DNA of 64,000 nt from an uncultured delta proteobacterium (GTDB taxonomy: Bacteria > Desulfobacterota > Binatia > UBA9968): assembly GCA_963737905.1 (NCBI GenBank), contig CAVTUQ010000007.1, forward strand, positions 352,001-416,000. The letters run 5' to 3'. Both the position numbers and the translations under genes were made by a program. This document shows positions 40,510 through 51,295 of the stretch, in pieces. How positions within the stretch are numbered: position 1 is the stretch's first letter; each line of letters begins with the position of its first letter. Below the pieces are notes generated by a model, which saw only the letters and a program-made list of their open reading frames with translations, was not told the origin of the DNA and made no database searches.

Positions 40510-41955
40510 TTACGCCCAGTACGTGGTTCGGTCGGTTGGAATATGCTGGAGCACCTCTCCAGGTACGTAATCTTCCAACTTGATGCGCGCCATTGCATCA
40601 TCCGGGCACTTGGATACCGGCGAGAATGGCCGATCCAAAGGCCTGGTCGCGTCGACGATCATGCCGGAGGTCTTGATCTCATCCAGTAACGAAGGATCCA
40701 AAAAGTTGCCGCGGAACAACGGCTGAAGGATCGACACCTGCTTGTGCGGTTGCACGCGCGTGGCAAACGCCCAGAGAATATCGGTCGGGTTAAACACGTC
40801 AATGTCATCATCGAACACGAACACGTTCTTAGTGTGATCAAAAGTCAGCGCCGCAGCCGCGGCGCGGCCGGGATCGCCCTCCGACATCTTTTTCATCGAG
40901 ATAAAAACATTGTAATGCGCATGGCGCCCCTGTTTACAAACCGCGGTGACACCTGGGACGGCCTCGCGGCAGCGGCGGAGGTAAGCTCCTTCACGCGGCA
41001 GGTCCATCCAGGGCTTATCGCCTTCCGGCGTAATGACTGACTGATACATGGCGCCGTTCCGATAATTGATGGCTTTTATCTGGTACTCGGCGCACGTCGT
41101 ATAGCGTTGGGGCCCAAGATAGCCCGGCGCCTCGCCGAAGGGTCCCTCAACCACCCGTTTGTTCGGGATCAACACTCCTTCGATGACGATCTCCGCATCG
41201 GCTGGAATCAAAAGATCCTCGCCGAAGGTTTCCGACGGCGTCAAACGGAGCGGCTCGCCCAGGTAACCCCCAATAACGTCGTACTCACTGACTTCGAACG
41301 GGCCGCTGTAACAGGCGCCCATGTGGAACGCCGGATGATGGCCGAGAACGGTCGCAACGGGCATTTCCTCGTTGCGCGACTCATAATCGCGGTAAATCTT
41401 CCAGAGATGACGCGGCGAAGCGTACAGCGCGGTGGTGTTCTTCGACTTGACCTCCATACGGTGGTACGAACAGTTGTAAATCCCGCTTTTCTTGTCTTTG
41501 GTCACGGTCGATAAAACGATATAGGGCCCGCCGTCCATCTCGTGGTGGCGCATGATGGGAATTTCATAAAGATCCACTTCTTTCCCGGTCATGACGTTTT
41601 CCTTAACCGGAGCGCTCCTCTTGTCCACGATGGTGGGAGGAATGCGATGTTCTTCCATTTCCAGACACTTTTCGGCCATCTCGGGACGGCTTGACGACCT
41701 CGGCATGCCCAAAGCGATCTGCGCCTTTCCCTGGGAGATTTCGCAGTTCATCGTTAGCTTGATCGGCCCGATTTTACCGTTAAGATTCAACGGCTTATCA
41801 AAGATGATGATCGGAAATTTTTTCTGCGCGCCAAGATGTTTGATGATCGCCGTGACGTCGTAATTAGCCGGATTGACTTCTTTGCTGATGTGAATCACTT
41901 CACCGGGAAGCTCCCGTTGGCAGTCTTCGATAAAGGTCCTCAGGCTCTTAGGCAT
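40510..41955 (-). CDS. UbiD family (prFMN-dependent) decarboxylase
   Basis: DGGPYI, PADAEIVIEG, EGPFGE, DDDIDV..WAFATR, VDAT. Confidence 0.92.
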   Translation of the reverse strand: MPKSLRTFIEDCQRELPGEVIHISKEVNPANYDVTAIIKHLGAQKKFPIIIFDKPLNLNGKIGPIKLTMNCEISQGKAQIALGMPRSSSRPEMAEKCLEMEEHRIPPTIVDKRSAPVKENVMTGKEVDLYEIPIMRHHEMDGGPYIVLSTVTKDKKSGIYNCSYHRMEVKSKNTTALYASPRHLWKIYRDYESRNEEMPVATVLGHHPAFHMGACYSGPFEVSEYDVIGGYLGEPLRLTPSETFGEDLLIPADAEIVIEGVLIPNKRVVEGPFGEAPGYLGPQRYTTCAEYQIKAINYRNGAMYQSVITPEGDKPWMDLPREGAYLRRCREAVPGVTAVCKQGRHAHYNVFISMKKMSEGDPGRAAAAALTFDHTKNVFVFDDDIDVFNPTDILWAFATRVQPHKQVSILQPLFRGNFLDPSLLDEIKTSGMIVDATRPLDRPFSPVSKCPDDAMARIKLEDYVPGEVLQHIPTDRTTYWA

Positions 41956-42115
41956 GTAATCCCTCCAAAAATATTATGAAAAATTTTATGCAAAAGATTT
42001 ATCCAAAGCTCCGAATTTTGTCAATCGAGGTATCTTTGATGATCTCCGTGATTCTGATTTCGAATTGAACAATGCCTTTCCGAGGATCTTGTTATCGCGC
42101 CCGACGACCGCGATC

Positions 42116-43342
42116 CTATTCGCGGCGACGGTACACAAGAAGGATCATCAATCCGAGCGCGTAGCCGCCGACAAGGCTTGTAAACGCCACGCCCCAGGCG
42201 AACACGCTACGATTTCCGCCAGCGAAGTCGAGCACAGCACCGAAAATGACCGGGGCGACGAAGGCCGCACCGAAGCCAAGAAAGGAATGCGCCGCCATCG
42301 CAACGCCTCGTTGCTGCGGCTCTGCAGACGTGAGTAACCCCGCAGTAAGTGCGGCGGAATCAGCCATGATCACGAGAAAGTACACGCACGCAAGCGCAAA
42401 AACGAATGGCCCTGGTAACACGGCACCGAACCCCACCGCGCAGGCAAGGGCTGCCGACACGCTCATGATTGCGACCACAACGCGCGGCCGACCGAACCGC
42501 GCGGCGATTTCATTGCCGAGGATACTGGCAGTGGGACCGATAAGATTGATCGCCGCCGCCAATGTGGCGGCGCTCGCAAGCATCGGTTCAGCCGGAGCGC
42601 GTATAGCGCCCGCAAAGGCAAAAAACGCGACCATCCAGGAACGGAAGCCGAACAATTCCCAGCAGTGAGCGGCGTACGCGAGGATGTAGCCACCGGCAGC
42701 GCGGTTGCGGAAGACCGATCCGAAATTAAGCGACATCGAGGCGATCTCCGCTGCGGGATGCGGAGAGCGCGGCGGCATCCGCAAAAATACCAGCAGCCCC
42801 GCGGTGATCGGTCCGACGCCGGCTGCCGCGAACGCCCAGCGCCACCCGGCTGCGGTCGTAACAGCGCCAGCCATCCATAACGACAGAGCCGCGCCGACAC
42901 CGAACGTGGAGGTATAGATGGCGACCGAGCGGCTTTGATGCGGACCTTCGATATGATCGGAGAGAATTTTCAAGCCTGGCATATAAGTTCCCGCAAGGCC
43001 CGCGCCGGCAATCCCTTGCACCATGAGTGCCGACCAGAAACCATTAGCGAAGAGTGCAAATCCAAACGCAGCGACACTCGATAACATGCAGGAGAACAGA
43101 TAGATACGGCGCGCGTCGATCCGATCGGTCATGCCCGTAAGAAACGGCACGGCGGCCATATAGCCGGCATAGTACACGCCGCTAATCGTGCCCGCTTCAG
43201 AATTGCTAACGCTCCAGGTTGTAATGAGCAGAGGCAGCAACGCGGCAAAGGTGGCATAGCCGGTCATGCTCATCGCGTGCGCGCAGCTCAAAAGCAAAGT
43301 GACGCGCTGTGCCGGCAGGGAAACATGGCGCCGGGGAATCAC
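42116..43342 (-). CDS. MFS transporter
   Basis: About 12 TM segments; TDRIDARR motif A variant; WRWAF. Confidence 0.88.
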   Translation of the reverse strand: MIPRRHVSLPAQRVTLLLSCAHAMSMTGYATFAALLPLLITTWSVSNSEAGTISGVYYAGYMAAVPFLTGMTDRIDARRIYLFSCMLSSVAAFGFALFANGFWSALMVQGIAGAGLAGTYMPGLKILSDHIEGPHQSRSVAIYTSTFGVGAALSLWMAGAVTTAAGWRWAFAAAGVGPITAGLLVFLRMPPRSPHPAAEIASMSLNFGSVFRNRAAGGYILAYAAHCWELFGFRSWMVAFFAFAGAIRAPAEPMLASAATLAAAINLIGPTASILGNEIAARFGRPRVVVAIMSVSAALACAVGFGAVLPGPFVFALACVYFLVIMADSAALTAGLLTSAEPQQRGVAMAAHSFLGFGAAFVAPVIFGAVLDFAGGNRSVFAWGVAFTSLVGGYALGLMILLVYRRRE

Positions 43343-43346
43343 GCTG

Positions 43347-44207
43347 TCAGCCGCCGAGAAATAAGCGCCCGACGTCCGGATGCTGGAGGAGGCTGTCGCC
43401 GGTATCGGCCATGGCGACCGAACCGGATATCAAGAGATAACCGATGTCGGCAAATTCCAGTCCCTTTTTGGCATTCTGCTCAACCATGACAATCGCCTTG
43501 CCCTCATCGTGTTGCAGGCCAGAGAGAATCTCGAACACCATGTCGATATAGCGCGGTTCCAGACCGATGGACGGTTCATCTACGAGTAGAATTCGTGGCT
43601 CCATGACCAGAGCCCGTCCGATCTCGAGTAGCCGCCGTTCTCCGCCGGAGAGTACGCGCGCAGGTTGCTTGCGGCGCTCGGCCAGCGGCTTATACTTTTC
43701 AAATACGCGCTCGGACGCCTCTTTTGACTGCGCCGGGCTCGCCAGCAGATAGCCGCCCATCCATAGGTTTTCTTCGACCGTCATATCGGGAAATACGGAG
43801 TTGTCCTGCAAGATATAAGCGATGCCTGCCCGCTGAAGCTTCTTATTTGCCGTGAGCCGGGTGATGTCTTCGCCACTGACGTGGATAGCGCCACTGTAGA
43901 TACGGGTGAAGCCGTAAATCGAGTGGAGCACGGTTGATTTGCCAGCGCCGTTGGGTCCGATCAGGCAAAGCGATTGTCCGCTGGCGACCTGGAGATCAAT
44001 GCCGTGGAGGATCTCCATCTTACCGTAACCCGCGTGTAGTTTTTGGATCGCAAGCAGCGGCTTGCCGGCAGCAAGCTCGGCAAGCCGGTCTTCGCTCGGG
44101 CCTTCGCCCGCGATACGCGCTGCCTGGTGCGCCACTTCATCGGCAGAAATCACGTCGTCGCCAAAGTCGGCCTCGCCATCGACAGGCGGGAGAGTTTTCG
44201 CGCTCAT
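43347..44207 (-). CDS. branched-chain amino acid-type ABC ATPase (LivF-like)
   Basis: GPNGAGKST, LSGGE, LVDEPSIGL, VEQN. Confidence 0.9.
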   Translation of the reverse strand: MSAKTLPPVDGEADFGDDVISADEVAHQAARIAGEGPSEDRLAELAAGKPLLAIQKLHAGYGKMEILHGIDLQVASGQSLCLIGPNGAGKSTVLHSIYGFTRIYSGAIHVSGEDITRLTANKKLQRAGIAYILQDNSVFPDMTVEENLWMGGYLLASPAQSKEASERVFEKYKPLAERRKQPARVLSGGERRLLEIGRALVMEPRILLVDEPSIGLEPRYIDMVFEILSGLQHDEGKAIVMVEQNAKKGLEFADIGYLLISGSVAMADTGDSLLQHPDVGRLFLGG

Positions 44208-44950
44208 TAGTGCGTCCCCAGATAGGCTTCGATCACCCGGCTGTCCTTCCTGACCTTCTCAGGCTCGCCCTCGGCGAGCAACTCACCGTGTGCGAGACAA
44301 TAAATGTATTCGGCGAGATTCATGATCACACGCATGTTGTGCTCGATCACTAGCAAAGTGATGCCGAATTCACGGTTAGCTCGACGTAACCGATTCATCA
44401 AGCCGTTGATAAGCGTCGGATTGATGCCGGCCGTCGGTTCGTCGAGGAGCAACATTCGCGGCTGATTCATCAACGCCATCGCGAGCTCGAGCAACTTTTG
44501 CTGCCCGAAGGACATGTCCCCCGCGGGCAGCAGACGCTTGGCGTACAAACCGACGAATTGCAATAATTCTTCCGCACGACGCAAATCCTGGGGCGTGGAG
44601 CGGCGCAACATCGACCACCAGCGTTGCCGGGCTCGCGGCACGCTCACGAGCATATTTTGAACGCAGGTCATCTTTTCGAAGATGCGGGTCTGCTGGAACG
44701 TGCGGAGGAGACCGAGACGGGCGATCTGGCTAACGCCGAGCGTTGCCAGCTCGTGACCTTCAAACCGAATTGAGCCGGCGTCAATCGGGTGGTAGCCGAC
44801 AATCGAGTTAAAAAGCGTGGTCTTGCCCGAGCCATTGGGTCCGATCAAGCCGACGATCTTACCTTCCGGCACTTCGAGAGTGATCTTGTCGTTCGCCACG
44901 ACGCCGCCGAAAGCTTTGGTGACGCCTCTCACTTCAAGAATGGGTTTCAC
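44207..44950 (-). CDS. branched-chain amino acid-type ABC ATPase (LivG-like)
   Basis: GPNGSGKTT, RTFQ, LLDEPTAG, EAYLG. Confidence 0.9.
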   Translation of the reverse strand: MKPILEVRGVTKAFGGVVANDKITLEVPEGKIVGLIGPNGSGKTTLFNSIVGYHPIDAGSIRFEGHELATLGVSQIARLGLLRTFQQTRIFEKMTCVQNMLVSVPRARQRWWSMLRRSTPQDLRRAEELLQFVGLYAKRLLPAGDMSFGQQKLLELAMALMNQPRMLLLDEPTAGINPTLINGLMNRLRRANREFGITLLVIEHNMRVIMNLAEYIYCLAHGELLAEGEPEKVRKDSRVIEAYLGTH

Positions 44951-45938
44951 TGGCGGTCTCCGGCGGTAGGATCTTCGAATCGACACGGTAACCAAATCGC
45001 TCGGGCCAGCGCTCACGCGCCCAGCCGAGAATTCCCAAAGGAAAAAAGACGACTGTCAAAGCGATCAGTAGCCCCAGAGCCACGCGTTGCCAGCCGAGAA
45101 AGTAGGTCCAGAAGACTTCCTGGGTCACATGAAAGATGACTGCGCCAATGACCGGCCCCCACAGCGTACCCTTGCCGCCCAATATCGCCATGAGCACCAT
45201 CCATACGCCGTAGGTGGAACCGGCAAAAGCGACATCCCGCGGATCGATAAAGCCGACTATATTGCCCACGACTCCGCCGGTGAGCCCGAGAAAAAACGCC
45301 GCGATGCACCATGCGGTGGTTTTGTGGCGTGTCGTGCGGATTCCTAAAGCTTCGGCCTTGTCCTCATCGTCGCGAATCGCGTTGATCGTCAAGCCGAACT
45401 GTCCGGAATACAACCAGCGCAAGACTGGGAATGTGAGCGCCGCAATGGCAAACATGAGATAATAGAAAAAAGTCTCGCGTGCTCCGGCCGGGCCGGGATA
45501 GAGCGGAGTCACCATACCCGAGCCCGCGCCGATGTAGTCCCAGCCGCTGGCAAATTCCCCCGCGGCAACCCCAAGGCCCAGCGTCCCGATGGCAAAATAG
45601 TGCCCACGCAGACCAAGGATGGCTGAACCAAGCAAGGCCGCAAGAGCGACCGCGAGCACGGCCCCCATACCCATGCCCGTGAATAACGCCGCGTAGTAGC
45701 CAAGTCCGGAATCGCGCTGAACGACCGCGCAGGCGTACATGCCGACACCGAAAAACACAATATTGCCGAACGAGTTATAACCCATCTGCCCGCCGAGAAG
45801 ATCCCACGTGAGCGCAAATACGATCATTAACCAGAGAAATGCCAACTGAGTTCGGTAATCCGGTGCCAGGACAGGCGCCGCAATGGCAACGGCAATAAGA
45901 CCAGCGTAAAGTAGAAGACCTGCGACTGTCCGGCTCAT
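44934..45938 (-). CDS. branched-chain amino acid-type ABC permease (LivM-like)
   Basis: LRGHYFAI, AIRDDE, LGGKGTLWGP. Confidence 0.9.
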   Translation of the reverse strand: MSRTVAGLLLYAGLIAVAIAAPVLAPDYRTQLAFLWLMIVFALTWDLLGGQMGYNSFGNIVFFGVGMYACAVVQRDSGLGYYAALFTGMGMGAVLAVALAALLGSAILGLRGHYFAIGTLGLGVAAGEFASGWDYIGAGSGMVTPLYPGPAGARETFFYYLMFAIAALTFPVLRWLYSGQFGLTINAIRDDEDKAEALGIRTTRHKTTAWCIAAFFLGLTGGVVGNIVGFIDPRDVAFAGSTYGVWMVLMAILGGKGTLWGPVIGAVIFHVTQEVFWTYFLGWQRVALGLLIALTVVFFPLGILGWARERWPERFGYRVDSKILPPETASETHS

Positions 45939-46834
45939 TGCAGGTATCTCCGCTCTCGACCAAGCCAGAACCGGCGCCACACCAAGATCATTACCAGCAG
46001 ACTAAAAACGAAAGCAGCCTGATATTCCGTCCCCAGAATAAAACCTGCAAAGTTCTCGGCAATGCTGAGAGCGATTCCCGCGCCAAGTACGGCGCCCACG
46101 TTACCGAGACCGGCGACGATCACGATCATAAACGATCGTAGCGTATAGGGTAATCCGAGATACGGATGAATGATCCAGGTCATCGCGACGAGCGCCCCTA
46201 CGGCGCCACAAATGGCTGCATTGAGCGCGAAAGTCCAGGCATAAACCTGGTCTGTGGCGACACCCAGAATTCGCGCGGCGCGCGCGTTCTGGGCCGTCGC
46301 GCGGATTGCCTGACCCATACGCGAGCGCTTGAGAAACAGCATTGTCACCCCGCCCACAATCAGCGCAGCAGCAAATGCGACGAGTTTAATTTCCGGAACC
46401 GTCACGAGACCACCGAATAGAAGGATCGTTTCAAGACCGGAATCCGCTGTGCGAACGTCGGCGCCGAACAACTGGTTCGCGACCTGCTGCAGTACGATAC
46501 TCAGGCCAAACGTTGCCAGGATCGAGATGAACAGGTCTTTGTCGACGACCCGGTAAATGACGGTCTTATAAAGAGCCCAGCCGAAAATAAATAACAAGAC
46601 CGCTGCGAGGGGGATGCCAAACAGTGGGTGGATTCCAGCAATATACAAATAATATGCAGTGTAACCGCCGAGCATAACGAACTCCCCCTGGGCGATGTTG
46701 ATAATATTCATTACGCCCCACACGAGAGCCATGCCGAAGGCGGCGAGCGCGAAAATCGCTCCAATCAGAAGTCCGTCCAGCAACAGCTGAACGGACAAAA
46801 TCGGCGCATTGAAAAGTAGTTCGATATTTTCCAT
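45935..46834 (-). CDS. branched-chain amino acid-type ABC permease (LivH-like)
   Basis: GVMNIINIAQGEF, GQAIRATAQN. Confidence 0.9.
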   Translation of the reverse strand: MENIELLFNAPILSVQLLLDGLLIGAIFALAAFGMALVWGVMNIINIAQGEFVMLGGYTAYYLYIAGIHPLFGIPLAAVLLFIFGWALYKTVIYRVVDKDLFISILATFGLSIVLQQVANQLFGADVRTADSGLETILLFGGLVTVPEIKLVAFAAALIVGGVTMLFLKRSRMGQAIRATAQNARAARILGVATDQVYAWTFALNAAICGAVGALVAMTWIIHPYLGLPYTLRSFMIVIVAGLGNVGAVLGAGIALSIAENFAGFILGTEYQAAFVFSLLVMILVWRRFWLGRERRYLQ

Positions 46835-46843
46835 TGCGGCAGA

Positions 46844-46880
46844 TTTGTCCCGATCCGGCGTTCGGTTGGATCGGGACAAA
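46844..46880 (-). terminator. intra-operon hairpin between the SBP and permease genes (mRNA stabiliser or partial terminator)
   Basis: TTTGTCCCGATCC ... GGATCGGGACAAA, 13-bp stem. Confidence 0.65.
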
Positions 46881-46900
46881 CGCGTCAACGGAGTCAGGTT

Positions 46901-48130
46901 TTACTTGAGCGGGAATTTGACTTCCGCTTCGGCCCATTTGGTGGGCGCCACTACCCGGTACTTACCATCCTGGATTTGGTACAGGATCATCGGTTTGGCG
47001 ATGTTCTTGCCGGTCTGGTCAAACTTGATGTGACCGTAGAAAGTCTCCATCTCGGTAGCCGCGATCGCGTCACGTAGCTTTTCCGGCTCGAAACACTGAC
47101 AGCGTTGGAACGCATCGGCGAACACCTGTACCGTAGCCGACGACTCGGCGGCCTGGTAGGGTGGCTCATATTGATACGTCTTCGCAAAAAGCTTGGCATA
47201 GTCTTCGGCTCGCCCAAATAACTTGTCCGAGTATTTCAGGCTACTGTCCCATTGCGAGGCGCATAGGAATCCTTGCGCCGCCGCGGGCATCGTCTCGGCG
47301 ACTTTAGCCGAGTCGCAGTGCGTGGTTGCCATCATCGGCGTCCGCACTTTCATCTGATTCGTTTGCCGCACGACCAACGTCGCGCCCTTTTCATGCCCCG
47401 ACACCACCAGAAGATCGGGCTTGAGCGCCTTGACCTTGGTTAAAGTCGCAGCCATGTCATTGATTTCGGGCGGCAACTTGTCGTCGATAACGATTTTCAT
47501 GCCGTACTTCTTGGCGTCTTCGACGACACCGGATCGGACGTCCCGGCTGAACGGATCGTTCTCGAATGCCATGGCGATCGTGCCCTGGTCCGGCTTCTTA
47601 CCAATGGCCGGAGCCTTCTCGGCCATGAGAGTAATCGCTGATTTGAGATAGTAATCGGTGCTGGATAGCGTAGCGAACAGATATTTGTAACCTTTATCGA
47701 ACAGCGAAAGCGCGGCTCCGTTACCTTCAATCATAGGGATCTTGTACTTCTCAGTCACCGGCGCCATTGCTGTGGTCAGTCCGGAACTATAGGGACCCAG
47801 CATGTATTTTACGTTGTCCTGGTTGATAAGACGCTCTGCAAGCTGGGCCGCGCGGGCCGGCGTAGACTCATCGTCATAGTAAACGATTTTTAGCTTATAA
47901 GTCTTGCCTGCGATCTTGAGTCCACCGCTCTCATTGATTCGTTGCACTGCCAAATCGTACCCGTGCTGTGTATTCTTGCCGTTGGTGGAATATTTGCCGG
48001 TCAGTGAAACCGCCGCGCCCAGAATTATCGTATCCCCCTCTACCTTGGCGGTCGCGTTTTCACTGCCCGCGATGAGCAGTGCGCCGGCAACGAGCGAAGC
48101 CAAACCAGTCTTAAAAATGAATTTCAGCAT
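46901..48130 (-). CDS. branched-chain amino acid-type ABC substrate-binding protein (LivK-like)
   Basis: Signal peptide, SLTG, YYDDES, LGPYSS; heads the complete Liv-type operon. Confidence 0.9.
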   Translation of the reverse strand: MLKFIFKTGLASLVAGALLIAGSENATAKVEGDTIILGAAVSLTGKYSTNGKNTQHGYDLAVQRINESGGLKIAGKTYKLKIVYYDDESTPARAAQLAERLINQDNVKYMLGPYSSGLTTAMAPVTEKYKIPMIEGNGAALSLFDKGYKYLFATLSSTDYYLKSAITLMAEKAPAIGKKPDQGTIAMAFENDPFSRDVRSGVVEDAKKYGMKIVIDDKLPPEINDMAATLTKVKALKPDLLVVSGHEKGATLVVRQTNQMKVRTPMMATTHCDSAKVAETMPAAAQGFLCASQWDSSLKYSDKLFGRAEDYAKLFAKTYQYEPPYQAAESSATVQVFADAFQRCQCFEPEKLRDAIAATEMETFYGHIKFDQTGKNIAKPMILYQIQDGKYRVVAPTKWAEAEVKFPLK

Positions 48131-48679
48131 GGTTTAATCCTCCTTTTAGTCGATCGTTTCGCATATGCCGTTACCATAAAAACAGCCGATAAAGAGGACC
48201 GATGCGATTTGACGGAAGATACTACCACTCGACGAAGTGCATCGCGGAGTTTCTGCGGGCTCTACTTAGAAGGGAACCTCCTAAGCCGAGATTACCAATC
48301 CAAGTATTCGTTAGCTTGCCCGGACCCTCGGCGATCGCGGAACGCACTGGCCGAGCGAATCGGTCCTGAGTCTAGGCTATCGCACGGCATGGTTAAGTCA
48401 ACTGGCCTGCTTTCAAGGCGTAGTTGACATAAAAGTGCGATAGCGAGGCGATATAGCCGTCGTTATGAAGGATTCTGCTGAACCCGACTATTCAGGAAAA
48501 TTCGGGATGATGAAACAATCGACCATAGAGAAAAAGTAGATTGTCGAATTCACGAGAGAATTTTTTTGATATCATTTTATTTTTGGCAGAAGACCATCGC
48601 GCGATTAGAGAAGTGAGACGAAAGAAGCACGGGCCAGGTTTAGTGCTTTTCTACAGCCGTCTCAAGTCGGCTATTTGGG

Positions 48680-48699
48680 TGTCAGCTGTTTAGCTGACA
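48680..48699. repeat. palindromic direct repeat, left copy (candidate att or operator site)
   Basis: TGTCAGCT-GTTT-AGCTGACA; 18/19 match to 62251-62269. Confidence 0.6.
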
Positions 48700-48844
48700 G
48701 GGCGACCGAGGACAAAGATGATACGCAAATAGAAATGAGGTTAGAGAGTAAGTGATGGTGAGGAAAGATACTCCGCCAGGATGGATTTGATCGTAGGAGA
48801 AAATTGAGCTCACCGTTTGCCAGCCCAGCCGGACCATCGTTCTG

Positions 48845-49729
48845 TCAACGCGGCCTGATTGGGAACAGCCAGAATGCAAGAAAGTTGGTTGCCGCATGCA
48901 ATACAATGCACCAGATGATTCCCAAGCGTATTCTCGTAAAGGCTAAAATGAAGCCCCCGATAATCTGCGGCAACACCAACAGTGGAGCCAACACCAGAGT
49001 CTCAGCAGAAAACGATGAGAATCGGTAGTTGGTGAGGTGGAACAGCCCGAAAGCGAAGCAGCTAATGTAAACGACGGCTCTAAAGTGACCGAACCATATC
49101 CTAGTGGTAAAGCGTTTGACCGGCTCGGTCCGCAGCACAACATGTACAACGGATGCTACCAATAGCGCAAAAACTGCGCTCCATAACCACCGTGTTGCCA
49201 AGCCAAAAATTCCGAGCTTTAGAAGCAGCCGTCGGACCGTAAATAACACAACGATCAGGGCCGAGATCGTAAGATTGATTTCGCTGTATCTTAGAGGGAG
49301 CCGAAAAGTGAGTTCTTCGGCAACGGGAGCGAGTAGAACCGAGATCCAGAGACGCGATCCCGCTAGACCCACTATAGGAGACACTCCGAGATGCTTTAAT
49401 ATGGGAATGCCGACGAAGAATGCGCTGATGAGCGTAAGGAACACGTCGTACCCAAGCAAAGAGCAGCCCAGGATCAACGGGTTAGCCCCTTTCGTGACCG
49501 GTTTAGAGGGGTTGAAGCAGAATCTAGTAAGAGCTGAGATGGTGGAAATTCCGGACCTGCCACAAAGCAAGCCAAGGGACAAAAGAAGCAGCAATAACGC
49601 AAAGGCCAAGTTGCCAGCGCGCACGTATAACCCCGCACCCCATAGCCCCGCGGCCCAGCCAACAACCCAAAGCACATTCCATAAAACGCGCCATGGATAC
49701 CAGGTTGATTGTACGCGTGGCATAGCCAC
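48845..49729 (-). CDS. CPBP family intramembrane metalloprotease (CAAX/Abi-like)
   Basis: EELTFR, FGLFH and LHAATN motifs; multiple TM segments. Confidence 0.85.
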   Translation of the reverse strand: MAMPRVQSTWYPWRVLWNVLWVVGWAAGLWGAGLYVRAGNLAFALLLLLLSLGLLCGRSGISTISALTRFCFNPSKPVTKGANPLILGCSLLGYDVFLTLISAFFVGIPILKHLGVSPIVGLAGSRLWISVLLAPVAEELTFRLPLRYSEINLTISALIVVLFTVRRLLLKLGIFGLATRWLWSAVFALLVASVVHVVLRTEPVKRFTTRIWFGHFRAVVYISCFAFGLFHLTNYRFSSFSAETLVLAPLLVLPQIIGGFILAFTRIRLGIIWCIVLHAATNFLAFWLFPIRPR

Positions 49730-49837
49730 CCATCAAGATCAGGTAAATGATTGGATGACGATCTTACTTTAGCCGCTTCCGGTCATAATTCGTTAGAAAG
49801 AAAATTCAACCGGCATCGCCGGCTTGTTTTTCTGCCA

Positions 49838-50833
49838 TCACTTAATCACTTTATCCGCCCGCGCCAACACATTCGGCGGGATTGTAAGGCCTATCTGTTT
49901 AGCGGTTTTCAGATTGATGACGAACTCGAACTTTGTCGGTTGCTCGACTGGCAGGTCGCTGGGCTTGGCTCCCTTCAAGATTCTGTCCACGAAATAGGCG
50001 ACGCGCCGGTAACTGTCCGCGAGGTCCGCCCCGTAGTACATGAGGCCGCCGGCATCTACAGCTTCTTCGACGCCATACATCGCCGGCAGTCGGTTCTTTA
50101 ACGCAAAGCCCGCAATCCGTTGTACGTTAGCACGTATTTGCCGGCCTCCGCCGGGCACAAAGATTCCATCCGGGCGCTGCTTATTTAGGGCAGCGAATAC
50201 CTTCTCTAAACCGTCCGCATCGCGTACCTCCCAAGACTTAAGAGTCAATCCCAGCGCACGCGCCGTGACAGGGAGACCCTTTCTTACCTCGTTCGCAGTG
50301 CCCTGAGCGGCAGGATCGTAGAGAACCGCGACACTGGAAACCTTGGGAACGGCTTCTTTGAATAGCTCAAGCCGCTTACCACCTAGTTCACGGCCAAGGT
50401 TTGTGATGCCGGTAACGTTGCCACCGGGACGGGCAAGGCTTTCAACGAAGCCTGCTTTCACAGGATCAGTCCCAACGCCCACCATGACGATCGGAATCGT
50501 CTTGGTTGCATTCTTGGCTGCCCGGATCTCCGGGTCCCCTCCCGATACCACGATCAAATCAACCTTCAGACGCACCAGTTCAACGGCAAGTTCAGGAAGC
50601 CGATCGAGCTTACCTTGCGAATAGCGATAATCGAAGGCGATGTTTTGTCCTTCTGTGTAGCCAAGCTCACGTAGTGCCATCCGAATCGGCTTAGAACGCC
50701 GGAAATCAGTAGTGGGGTCGGTCGACGATAGATACCCTACTCGGGAAACTTTCTTCGGCTGCTGCGCGGCGGTGAGATTGCAAAGCGCTAAGAGCAGAGC
50801 GCCAAGCGCGAAAAGCAGGACATTTTTTCTCAT
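49838..50833 (-). CDS. ABC_sub_bind paralog I (array)
   Basis: Signal peptide AAQQP; [30 protein letters not shown]. Confidence 0.92.
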   Translation of the reverse strand: MRKNVLLFALGALLLALCNLTAAQQPKKVSRVGYLSSTDPTTDFRRSKPIRMALRELGYTEGQNIAFDYRYSQGKLDRLPELAVELVRLKVDLIVVSGGDPEIRAAKNATKTIPIVMVGVGTDPVKAGFVESLARPGGNVTGITNLGRELGGKRLELFKEAVPKVSSVAVLYDPAAQGTANEVRKGLPVTARALGLTLKSWEVRDADGLEKVFAALNKQRPDGIFVPGGGRQIRANVQRIAGFALKNRLPAMYGVEEAVDAGGLMYYGADLADSYRRVAYFVDRILKGAKPSDLPVEQPTKFEFVINLKTAKQIGLTIPPNVLARADKVIK

Positions 50834-50882
50834 CTGTTCTCCGGTTCTTTCCGCTTGGCTCTTTACCCCATGCGCTTTGCCG

Positions 50883-50946
50883 TCATCGGATTACCTTATC
50901 GGCTCGATACGGCACGGACTGCGAAATCGTCACGCCGACCTGAGCT
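50883..50946 (-). pseudogene. orphan 3' tail of an ABC_sub_bind gene
   Basis: Reads QVGVTISQSVPYRADKVIR*, resembling the tail of 163-1149. Confidence 0.75.
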
Positions 50947-51010
50947 TGACTCTAACGTTGATACCGACTCCAACTTGTCTGTAATCTAATGCCATTGTAA
51001 ACTCCAAGCG

Positions 51011-51295
51011 GTGTTAATCGATGAATTGCTGTGGCCTCAGGATCGAATTAATCATATCGGTAGACACCGCGTGCGACCGGAAGAGGTTGAAGAAGTATGT
51101 TTCGGCAACCCCTGGGTACGACGCACCAAAGCAACTGGCAAAAACCCAGTTTACTATGTCCTCGGCCAAACCCGTTCTGGCCGGTACTTGTTTTGTGTTG
51201 TGGTCCAGTTTCCCAATCGCAAAGGTTTCCCGGTCACCGCTCGAGCTATGACGGAAAAAGAAAAGCGACAATTCAGGCGATGGAAAAGACAATGA
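51011..51295 (+). CDS. BrnT-family toxin
   Basis: W..H..RH.V..EEVEEV, GQT..GRYL..V, VTARAM..KE. Confidence 0.85.
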   Translation: MLIDELLWPQDRINHIGRHRVRPEEVEEVCFGNPWVRRTKATGKNPVYYVLGQTRSGRYLFCVVVQFPNRKGFPVTARAMTEKEKRQFRRWKRQ

